Source: Oscillospiraceae bacterium (lineage in GTDB: Bacteria; Bacillota; Clostridia; Oscillospirales; Ruminococcaceae). From it: a stretch of DNA of 44,408 nucleotides. Each line of letters opens with the position of its first letter. Position 1 is the first letter of the stretch. The notes below the pieces were generated by a model. It was not told where the DNA came from and searched no databases. It saw only the letters and a list, made by a program, of their open reading frames with translations. The position numbers and the translations under genes are program-made. Of the stretch, positions 9,300 through 16,306 are shown piece after piece. Location: contig JAFYOZ010000104.1 of assembly GCA_017547705.1 (NCBI GenBank), positions 1 through 44,408 of the forward strand, in the 5' to 3' direction.

Positions 9300-9514
9300 G
9301 GCGACCCTATGTGGTCGCCACAAAAAAGGAATCCCTGAGGGCTGACTCCCTTGTGCAAAGGGAGCTGTCACCGAAGGTGACTGAGGGATTGTAAAAACGA
9401 ATAATACCCTATTTCTTTAACTGGCAAAAAATCCACCACCTCCTCCGAGGAGGTTTCCACACAGCCGTAGGGAACGGTCTTGACCGTTTCGCTTTGCCTT
9501 CCCTTGGGAGAAGG
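9300..9514. repeat. Array of six short GC-rich stem-loops, REP-like units related to the DUF559 flanks
   Basis: The hairpins are: 9300-9319 GGCGACC/GGTCGCC; 9346-9364 CTCCCTT/AAGGGAG; 9367-9381 GTCACC/GGTGAC, followed by TGAGGGATT; 9438-9454 ACCTCCTC/GAGGAGGT; 9473-9488 AACGGT/ACCGTT; 9497-9514 CCTTCCC/GGAGAAGG (imperfect). AT-only tracts flank the array. Confidence 0.7.
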
Positions 9515-9526
9515 CTTTATATAATA

Positions 9527-9562
9527 GAAAAACCCCGACCGGATGGAGAGTTCCGGTCGGGG
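9527..9562 (-). terminator. Rho-independent terminator of the surface protein gene
   Basis: 11-bp GC-rich stem CCCCGACCGGA/TCCGGTCGGGG with an 8-nt loop, followed on the minus strand by TTTTT. Confidence 0.85.
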
Positions 9563-9605
9563 TGATTTAGGTTAAGTTGAGCTTTTTAACTGATTCAGTC
9601 AAAAA

Positions 9606-10970
9606 TTATTTTTTGAGGGAAACAGCAGCAGCGGTTGCAACAGAAACAACTGCGAGAGCAGCAACTACGCCGAGAACAGATTCAGCACCAGTGTTGGGGT
9701 TCTCTTCGCCTTCAGCAGCTACAGGAGCAGCGATGTCGAGAGTGTACTGACCAAGGGTGGTGTTTTTGCCTTCGATTACGAGAACGAATGCTTCGTTGTA
9801 ATCTTCGGTCATGAAGTCAACGGTGATGGTGTCGATAACTTTGCCGTCTTTGGTGAGGTAGAAGTCAACGATATCGTCTTCTTCAATTTTCTCAAGGAAG
9901 TGCTCACGGAGTTCGAAGTAGGTGAGACCGAGGTCTACAACGATTTCGAAGTCAGAAGCAACAGTCTGTTTGCCATAGAAACCGAATTCGATTTCAGAGG
10001 TAAGAGCGTTGTCGCCGTAGGTGAGGAAGTTTACACCTTTCTGGCCTTTTGCTACGTTTTTGATGGTAACAGCCATGTAGTTGTCAACATCAACAGTGAT
10101 GTTTTTGCCTTCGATTGCACGGAAAGCAGTGGTGGAGATTACTTCTGCATGATCGTAGTTAACTACGAGTTCAGGTTTTACGTAACCGTTGATAGCAGTG
10201 ATGTAGTCGGAGTAACCCTGGCCGTTTACGGAGAGGTATTCGCCGTCTGCATTGTAGAGAGCAGCAGATTTAACAGCTTCGTATTCCCAGATGGATACGT
10301 CGTTGATAACAGTGCCTTCCATAGCAACAGCTTTTCTGCAGTCATCGCAGGTTGCGGTTACTTTGATGGAACCTTCGGTGTAGGAAGCAGAGTAGTTATC
10401 TTCAACAGTGAATTTTACTACGTAAACATCGTTGTCAGCAACAACTTTGTAAACGGTGGTGTTGTAGGTTTTGTTCATCCAGTCTGCAGCTGCAACAGCC
10501 CATGCATAAGACTCGTTTTCGAGGTCAGCAGCGCCGGTGTAGGAAGCCCAGAGAGCAGAATCAGTAACAGTTTTGAGAACTTTGGTACCGTCATATTCTT
10601 TTACAGAATAGGTAACGAGTTTGTCGTTAACGTCGGTGACCATGTAGTCAACCATGGTTTCAGGGTTGTACTCGATGAGTTCAGCTTTAACGTTACCAGA
10701 GGTAACAACTTTAACGTCAGAGAGATCTACGTCGATGTATGCTGCATCGCATTTCATGCAACGGAGTGCAGTGTAGAATACGCCGCCGTGATAGTACTGG
10801 GTAAGGATGGTGTTGCCGTCTGCAGTGTAGTTCCAAGCGTCAACAAAGGTGATCATTTTGGTGCCCTGGGTTTTTACTTCTTCGAGAAGGATGAGAGTGC
10901 CTGCGAAAGCAGATACTGCCATGCTAAGAGCAAGAACAAGAGCAAGAACAAGAGCAAGAGCTTTTTTCAT
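9606..10970 (-). CDS. Orphan secreted surface protein with NPNTG sortase-type C-terminal sorting signal
   Basis: Start set at ATG 10968-10970, 8 nt after AGGAGG. Signal peptide is MKKALALVLALVLALSMAVSAFA. The C-terminus has NPNTG (9687-9701), a hydrophobic stretch and KK. Codon usage resembles the r-protein genes. It has a strong promoter and terminator. I recognised no family. Confidence 0.8.
   Translation of the reverse strand: MKKALALVLALVLALSMAVSAFAGTLILLEEVKTQGTKMITFVDAWNYTADGNTILTQYYHGGVFYTALRCMKCDAAYIDVDLSDVKVVTSGNVKAELIEYNPETMVDYMVTDVNDKLVTYSVKEYDGTKVLKTVTDSALWASYTGAADLENESYAWAVAAADWMNKTYNTTVYKVVADNDVYVVKFTVEDNYSASYTEGSIKVTATCDDCRKAVAMEGTVINDVSIWEYEAVKSAALYNADGEYLSVNGQGYSDYITAINGYVKPELVVNYDHAEVISTTAFRAIEGKNITVDVDNYMAVTIKNVAKGQKGVNFLTYGDNALTSEIEFGFYGKQTVASDFEIVVDLGLTYFELREHFLEKIEEDDIVDFYLTKDGKVIDTITVDFMTEDYNEAFVLVIEGKNTTLGQYTLDIAAPVAAEGEENPNTGAESVLGVVAALAVVSVATAAAVSLKK
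10926..10961. repeat. 12-nt tandem repeat (about 3 copies) inside the signal-peptide coding region
   Basis: AAGAGCAAGAAC occurs twice perfectly, and a third copy has one mismatch. It encodes the (LALV)n core of the signal peptide. Confidence 0.8.
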
Positions 10971-11144
10971 GTTTAGTTTCCTCCTAAAATATTTTTTTGA
11001 GCAATTATCAGAAAAGTTCGTCTCTCCAAATCGAACTGTTCTAATCGTTAACGGTGATAAATGCCCCGGGATCATCGACCCCGTTGGAGAGTTATTTTTC
11101 GGTTACAAACCTTTTAACCAATTTGTAACATTTATCACGTCCAT

Positions 11145-11173
11145 AATATACCACACCAAAAAAACTTTGTCAA
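11145..11173 (-). promoter_or_regulatory. Sigma-A promoter of the surface protein gene (extended -10)
   Basis: Minus strand reads TTGACA (11168-11173), a 17-nt spacer, then TGgTATATT (-10 at 11145-11150). This implies a 5' UTR of about 165 nt. Confidence 0.6.
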
Positions 11174-11237
11174 CAGTTTTTTTACAAAATTATTTAAATT
11201 TAATTACAAAAGTTACATTTTTGTAACTTTTCCTCTT

Positions 11238-11292
11238 AACCTCCCTTGTCAAAGGGAGGTGGATTCGCCGCAAGGCGAAGACGGAGGGATTC
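11238..11292. repeat. Left inverted composite unit
   Basis: AACCTCCCTTGTCAAAGGGAGG, then hairpin TTCGCC-GCAA-GGCGAA, then GGAGGGATTC. Confidence 0.75.
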
Positions 11293-11656
11293 TTTCCTCT
11301 TGAATCCTTCTTCTCACCTCTTTATCTATAAATCTGCAAATCCCCTCAAAATTCTCTTTTATTTGATTATTCGGAATCCGTAAAACTTCAATACCTCTTT
11401 TTTCTATAAATCCGGTTCTTATTGTGTCGTATTCTCTTCCCTCTGCACTGTAATGCTGTGAACCGTCTAATTCAATAACCAATTTTGCCTTCGAGCAATA
11501 AAAATCCGCGATATAATTATCTATTATTTTTTGACGCAAAAATCTTACGGGGTAATCTTTTAGAAACTGATACCAGAGAATTTTTTCTTCGGCCGTCATA
11601 TTTTTTCTTAATTCTCTCGCTCTTTCTGTAAGATTTGAATTATGTTTATAATTCAC
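11249..11656 (-). CDS. DUF559 domain protein (Vsr/restriction-endonuclease-like fold)
   Basis: 135-aa ORF with a GTG start at 11654-11656. The pattern is typical of DUF559: ...AEEKILWYQFLKDYPVRFLRQKIIDNYIADFYCSKAKLVIELDGSQH...EVLRIPNNQI. The C-terminal tail IPPSSPCGESTSL is encoded by the repeat. Confidence 0.8.
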   Translation of the reverse strand: MNYKHNSNLTERARELRKNMTAEEKILWYQFLKDYPVRFLRQKIIDNYIADFYCSKAKLVIELDGSQHYSAEGREYDTIRTGFIEKRGIEVLRIPNNQIKENFEGICRFIDKEVRRRIQEERIPPSSPCGESTSL

Positions 11657-11660
11657 AAAT

Positions 11661-11708
11661 GAATCCCTCCACCGCTTCGCGGTCCCCCTCCCTTTAACAA
11701 TGGAGGTT
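11661..11708. repeat. Right inverted composite unit
   Basis: Plus strand reads GAATCCCTCC, then hairpin ACCGC-TTC-GCGGT, then CCCCCTCCCTTTAACAATGGAGGTT. Its reverse complement matches the left unit: outer module 23/26 and inner 10-mer 10/10 by hand alignment. Confidence 0.75.
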
Positions 11709-11710
11709 TT

Positions 11711-11953
11711 TTATTCCACAACAATATAGTTCTGTGCGGCGTCTTCTTTTCTTACGGATTCAACAATGGAAACAACTTTAACTTTAAGAGGTCTCTGTCC
11801 AAGCTGGATTTCGATAATATCGTCCTCTTTAACCTCATACGAGGCTCTTGCGGCTTTTCCGTTAACAAAAACCCTGCCTGCGTCGCAAGCTTCGTTTGCA
11901 ATGGTGCGGCGTTTAATAAGTCTTGTAACCTTTAAATATTTATCAAGGCGCAT
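11711..11953 (-). CDS. rqcP: S4-domain RNA-binding protein RqcP/YabO (ribosome quality control)
   Basis: 80-aa ORF (MRLDKYLKVTRLIKRRTIANEACDAGRVFVNGK...) closely resembles B. subtilis YabO. Synteny with mazG and the MOP flippase matches. Confidence 0.88.
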   Translation of the reverse strand: MRLDKYLKVTRLIKRRTIANEACDAGRVFVNGKAARASYEVKEDDIIEIQLGQRPLKVKVVSIVESVRKEDAAQNYIVVE

Positions 11954-12043
11954 TTTTTCTCCTCCTTATATAATATAAAGGATAATATAATATATATAAC
12001 AAATCCCCTGCCAAACCGACAGGGGAAATTTATTCATCAAAAA

Positions 12044-12316
12044 TTATTTAACTGCTTCTTTAAGAGCTTTACCAGCTTTGAAGGAAGGAAGTTTGGAAGA
12101 TTCGATGGTGATTTCTTCTTTGGTTCTGGGGTTGATACCTTTTCTGGAAGCGCGTTCTTTAACTTCGAAAGTGCCGAAGCCAACAAGCTGTACTGCTTCG
12201 CCGTTTGCAAGAGCTTCAGTGATGGATTCGAGAACTGCTGCTACAGCTTTCTCGCTGTCTTTTTTAGAAGAACCGATTTTGGTTGCTACTGCTGCGATAA
12301 GATCAGATTTGGTCAT
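12044..12316 (-). CDS. hup: HU family DNA-binding protein
   Basis: 90-aa ORF ([10 protein letters not shown]...[28 protein letters not shown]...) has the HU signature. Confidence 0.95.
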   Translation of the reverse strand: MTKSDLIAAVATKIGSSKKDSEKAVAAVLESITEALANGEAVQLVGFGTFEVKERASRKGINPRTKEEITIESSKLPSFKAGKALKEAVK

Positions 12317-12363
12317 TTTAAAAATACCTCCGTTTTTTTGAATACCGCGGTTTCTTTCCGCAT

Positions 12364-13158
12364 TTATTGATTTGTCTTTTGACCTTTACCCTGTGAAAAA
12401 ATCTCCTCTTCCATCTCTGAAAGAGCTTTCCCCTGTTCTTTGGCGATTTTTTCCATCTCGGTAAAATGCCTTATAAATTTTTCCGAGGATGCATCAAGAC
12501 ATTCCTCCGGCTCAAGACCTATTGCTCTTGCCGCCATAACTGCAGAAAAGAGCAATTCCCCCATTTTCTCTTTTATAAGATCCCGGTTTTCTTTTTCCGC
12601 TTTTCTAAGTTCAAAAACGTTTTCATCAAGCATATCAAAAGCTTTTTCGGAACAGATTTTTGTTCCCGCCGCTTTTTCTGCCCGATGCAAAAGCTTATCA
12701 CAGCGCATCAGCGCCGGAAGCTGTTTTGGAACAGCGATAAGCGTTTCGCTTCCGGATTTTTGGCCCTTGGTCTCTTTTTTGATTTCTTCCCATCTGTTTG
12801 CAACCGCATTGGAAGAAGAAAGTTCCTCTTCTCCAAAAATATGCGGATGGCGGATTATAAGCTTTTGGCATATTCCGTCACAAATGTCATCAAAATCAAA
12901 ATTGCCGTTTTCCTTTTCCATCTGAGTATGGAACACAACCTGTAAAAGCACATCGCCCAGTTCTTCCCGAAGCATCTCCGGGTCATTACAGTCGATTGCC
13001 TCCACCGCTTCATAAGTTTCCTCTATGAAGTTCTTGCGGATGGAAAGATGGGTTTGTTCCCTGTCCCAGGGACAGCCGTTTTCGCTTCTTAAAAGCGACA
13101 TGATTTCAAGAAGATCCCCGATGGAATACTTCTCTTTTTTGATAAAATCATTACCCAC
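12364..13158 (-). CDS. mazG: Nucleoside triphosphate pyrophosphohydrolase MazG
   Basis: 264-aa ORF with tandem MazG domains: [10 protein letters not shown]...[12 protein letters not shown], and a second [11 protein letters not shown] region. Confidence 0.88.
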   Translation of the reverse strand: MGNDFIKKEKYSIGDLLEIMSLLRSENGCPWDREQTHLSIRKNFIEETYEAVEAIDCNDPEMLREELGDVLLQVVFHTQMEKENGNFDFDDICDGICQKLIIRHPHIFGEEELSSSNAVANRWEEIKKETKGQKSGSETLIAVPKQLPALMRCDKLLHRAEKAAGTKICSEKAFDMLDENVFELRKAEKENRDLIKEKMGELLFSAVMAARAIGLEPEECLDASSEKFIRHFTEMEKIAKEQGKALSEMEEEIFSQGKGQKTNQ

Positions 13159-13178
13159 GAAAAAGGCTACCCCCTATT

Positions 13179-14930
13179 TTATCGCAACAGATGGATTTTT
13201 TCAAGTACTTTAGCGATTTTTTCGCCCTTTGGAATCATTAAAAAATCTTTTTTTGTGATTCCTTTAGTAAGAAGTACGGAAATTCCGTAAATTACAACCG
13301 CCATTCCGATTCCGCCAACGGTTGCAAGCTTCTCGGAAAGGAAGATGTCGAATACAACAAAGAACACCTTTGCTCCGATTCCGCAAAGTACTCCGGAGAA
13401 AAGCGGAAGCAGGAATGTGGAATAAAGGTTGATCTTAATCTGTCCGTAATGGTTTATTGCAACTATATCCATAACCATGATAAGGGTATAGCATACAAGA
13501 GAACCGTACGGCGCCGCCTGGATATTAAAACTCGGCACCGCAACAAAAATATAGTTCATTATAAGCTTAACTGCCGCACCGATGAGCATGAAGATAAGCG
13601 GAAGTCTCTCTTTTCCGATACCCTGAAGAATACTGTGGCAGGAAGCGCATGTGCAAACAAATATTACCGTAATTCCCATTACTCTGAGAAGCGGAGCCGC
13701 AATGGCAACTTCGTTAAGTCTGAGTGGATACAAAAGAGTAAGAACTTCATTAGACATAACAGAAAGACCGATTCCTGCAGGAATTGCGATAAGGGTGGTC
13801 AGTCTGAGCACCGTATCAATGGAACTTTTGATTCTGTGGCGGTTATGCGAAGTCCATGCTGCCGCAACGTTCGGAAGTGCCGCAGTACCAAAAGTTATAG
13901 CAATAGCCGGAACAAGGTTAAAAAGTGTTACCGGCATTCCGGAATAAACGCCGTAAAGATAGTTTGGAATACCTTCAAGCTCAAGTCCCTCCGGGAAAAG
14001 ACCATTATACATCTCAAGGATAGTAAAATGATCAAGACGAATGGCATATTCCATTCTGTTCATAAGAGAAACAAGGTCGATAAGGTTAGTAATATTGGTA
14101 GAAAGAGTTGCAAGACAAACCGGAACCGCAATGGTAACAAGATTTTTAAGAAGTTTTTTTCTGGAAGTTGCCTCCGGAGCATCATAAAGTTCCGGCTGAC
14201 TGATTCCGTCACCCTTTATCCTGTAACTTATCATCATATAAAGCATTCCCACCATGGTGGAAATCATAACACCTGCAATAGCCGCCGCTGCAGCAATAGG
14301 CGCAATTACAGACTCCTCAGAAAGTCCTGCGGCAGAAATACCAAGATCGATTCCGAGGAATTTTCCTGTTTCCGCATATTCGGAAAGTCCAAGTTTCGTA
14401 ACAATAATTGTAAGCGCAAGACCGATTACAACCTTAACAACAGCCTCGATTACCTGAGAAACCGCCGTAGGATACATGTTGCGAAGTCCCTGATAATATC
14501 CTCTGTATGCACTGGTCATGCAAAGGAAGAAAACCGCAGGAGAAAGAACTATTACAGAAAGAAATGCTCCCGGGTTTCCACAGACGCTTCCCGCAAGGAA
14601 TTTGCTGCCAAAAAGCATAACAAGGCTTCCAAGAGTTCCCGTTATAAGAAAACAGGTCATGGAAATCTGGAATATTCTTCTTACATCTCTGTATCTTCCA
14701 AGGGTCATACATTCCGAAACCATTCTTGCAACAGCAACGGGAATTCCGGCAGTTGCAATGGTATAAAGCGGAGTAAAAATAGTATAAGCGGTGTTGTAAT
14801 ATCCAAAACCCTCGCCGCCGATTATGTTCATCAGCGGAATTTTATAAACCGCACCGATAATTTTAACAATTATCGCCGCAGCACTGAGGATCAGTGCGCC
14901 CTGAAGAAAATTTTGTTTTTTAGCGCCCAA
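13179..14930 (-). CDS. MOP-superfamily flippase-like membrane protein (MurJ/SpoVB/YabM type)
   Basis: 583-aa polytopic ORF (…ILSAAAIIVKIIGAVYKIPLMNIIGGEGFGYYNTAY…) sits at the YabM position upstream of mazG. The apparent start is TTG, 6 nt after GGGGGA. Confidence 0.8.
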   Translation of the reverse strand: MGAKKQNFLQGALILSAAAIIVKIIGAVYKIPLMNIIGGEGFGYYNTAYTIFTPLYTIATAGIPVAVARMVSECMTLGRYRDVRRIFQISMTCFLITGTLGSLVMLFGSKFLAGSVCGNPGAFLSVIVLSPAVFFLCMTSAYRGYYQGLRNMYPTAVSQVIEAVVKVVIGLALTIIVTKLGLSEYAETGKFLGIDLGISAAGLSEESVIAPIAAAAAIAGVMISTMVGMLYMMISYRIKGDGISQPELYDAPEATSRKKLLKNLVTIAVPVCLATLSTNITNLIDLVSLMNRMEYAIRLDHFTILEMYNGLFPEGLELEGIPNYLYGVYSGMPVTLFNLVPAIAITFGTAALPNVAAAWTSHNRHRIKSSIDTVLRLTTLIAIPAGIGLSVMSNEVLTLLYPLRLNEVAIAAPLLRVMGITVIFVCTCASCHSILQGIGKERLPLIFMLIGAAVKLIMNYIFVAVPSFNIQAAPYGSLVCYTLIMVMDIVAINHYGQIKINLYSTFLLPLFSGVLCGIGAKVFFVVFDIFLSEKLATVGGIGMAVVIYGISVLLTKGITKKDFLMIPKGEKIAKVLEKIHLLR

Positions 14931-14962
14931 GAACCGTCCCCCTTTTATATAAATTCAAAACT

Positions 14963-14991
14963 GTGACCGGAAAGATTCCCCTTCCGGTCAC
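14963..14991 (-). terminator. Terminator after mtaD
   Basis: 10-bp stem GTGACCGGAA/TTCCGGTCAC, followed on the minus strand by a moderately T-rich tract (AGTTTTGAATTT). Confidence 0.6.
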
Positions 14992-15017
14992 GTTAAAAAA
15001 ATCATTTTAAACAAAAA

Positions 15018-16304
15018 TCAAAGCTGAGCAAGAATCTTAGGAAGATAGTAGCTGATTTTGTCGTAAACTTTTGCAATATCAATGGTTTTGTATTTTCCGT
15101 CACGATAAAGAACGTCGCCGTCAACCATGGTGAGCACAACGTCAGAAGCCTGTGCGGAGAATACGATGTTGGTAAGTACATCATAGCAGGGAACGAGATG
15201 CGGTTTATTGAAATCAAGAACAACAAGGTCTGCTTTGTTGCCTTTTTTAATAACGCCGGTATCGTTTCTTCCCTGGGATTTTGCACCGTTAACGGTTGCC
15301 ATTTTCAAAAGCTCTTTTGCAGAAACATTTCCTGCGTCGCCGGTAATACCTCTGCAAATCATTGCAGCAAGGTGCATCTCTTCAAACATGTTGAGGTTGT
15401 TGTTGCTGGAAGCACCGTCAGTACCGAGACATACGTTGATTCCTGCATCGAGCATCTTTCTGATGGGAGCAAATCCGCTTCCGAGCTTCATGTTGCTGGA
15501 AAGACAATGAGTTACGGAAACATTGGGATATTTTGCAAGAATCTCAATATCGCTGTCCTCAACCCATACGCAATGAGCAAGGTTTACGTTATTTTCAAAA
15601 ATTCCGCAGGATTCAAAATACTGTGCAGTGGTCATGCCGCGGTTCTTTTTGCAATTTTCGTGCTCAACTTTGGTCTCATCCATATGGATATGAAGACGAA
15701 CACCGTTTTCCTTGCCGTATGCAGCAACCTCTTTTACAAGGGGTTCCGTGGAAGTATATTCAGCATGAAGACCGAATTCTTCAACAAAGCGTCCCTTGCT
15801 GTGTCCGAATTTTTTAACCATCTCATCAACAGGAGTAAAATAGCTCTGTTTTTTAAGAGGAGTTCCGTCAAAGCAGATGGGAGGATTATCAAAGTTGCAT
15901 TTGATTCCGGATTCGCGAACAACCTTTTCTGCAACAGCATCGAAGAAATACATATCGCTGAAAGAGGTGGTTCCGCATGCAATCATTTCTGCCATACCAA
16001 GAAGTCCTGCCCAATAGATGCTGTTTTCGTCCCATTTTGCTTCAAACGGGAAGATTCTTTCTTCAAGCCATCTATGAAGCGGAAGACCTTCGCCATATCC
16101 GCGAAGAAGGGTCATTGCAGCATGGCAATGGTTGTTAACAAAGCCGGGCATAAGAACTTTTCCCGCTCCGTCATAAACTTCACCATAGCCCCAATCCGGT
16201 TTTTCGGTAGAGATATAATCAATAATACCGTTTTTGGTGCCGATATATGCGTGCTCAACGGTATTAAAATTTTCGTCAATATAGGTTATGTCTTTAAAAA
16301 GCAT
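15018..16304 (-). CDS. mtaD: Amidohydrolase, 5-methylthioadenosine/S-adenosylhomocysteine deaminase-like
   Basis: 428-aa ORF with the metal motif NNHCHAAMTLLRGYGEGLPL and an overall MtaD/SsnA-like layout. Confidence 0.78.
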   Translation of the reverse strand: MLFKDITYIDENFNTVEHAYIGTKNGIIDYISTEKPDWGYGEVYDGAGKVLMPGFVNNHCHAAMTLLRGYGEGLPLHRWLEERIFPFEAKWDENSIYWAGLLGMAEMIACGTTSFSDMYFFDAVAEKVVRESGIKCNFDNPPICFDGTPLKKQSYFTPVDEMVKKFGHSKGRFVEEFGLHAEYTSTEPLVKEVAAYGKENGVRLHIHMDETKVEHENCKKNRGMTTAQYFESCGIFENNVNLAHCVWVEDSDIEILAKYPNVSVTHCLSSNMKLGSGFAPIRKMLDAGINVCLGTDGASSNNNLNMFEEMHLAAMICRGITGDAGNVSAKELLKMATVNGAKSQGRNDTGVIKKGNKADLVVLDFNKPHLVPCYDVLTNIVFSAQASDVVLTMVDGDVLYRDGKYKTIDIAKVYDKISYYLPKILAQL

Positions 16305-16306
16305 TT

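Larger units (their letters stand above)
11238..11708 (-). mobile_element. Candidate DUF559 cassette bounded by inverted composite repeats
   Basis: Inverted units of roughly 50-55 nt lie at 11238-11292 and 11661-11708. They supply the RBS and the C-terminal tail plus stop codon of the enclosed ORF. The ORF has A/T-rich atypical codon usage. I saw no target-site duplication. Confidence 0.35.

Noticed and set aside
10971-11075. N-terminal extensions offered by the ORF track. They affect the surface protein (to 11075), recJ (to 25486), the acidic membrane protein (to 26968), the beta-helix lipoprotein (to 42949), rpsJ (to 8609) and the small acidic protein (to 17695).
   Set aside because: In each case a strong GGAGG-type RBS sits 7-9 nt before an internal ATG or GTG that gives a canonical N-terminus, such as a signal peptide or a family-typical start. 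The extensions lack RBSs.
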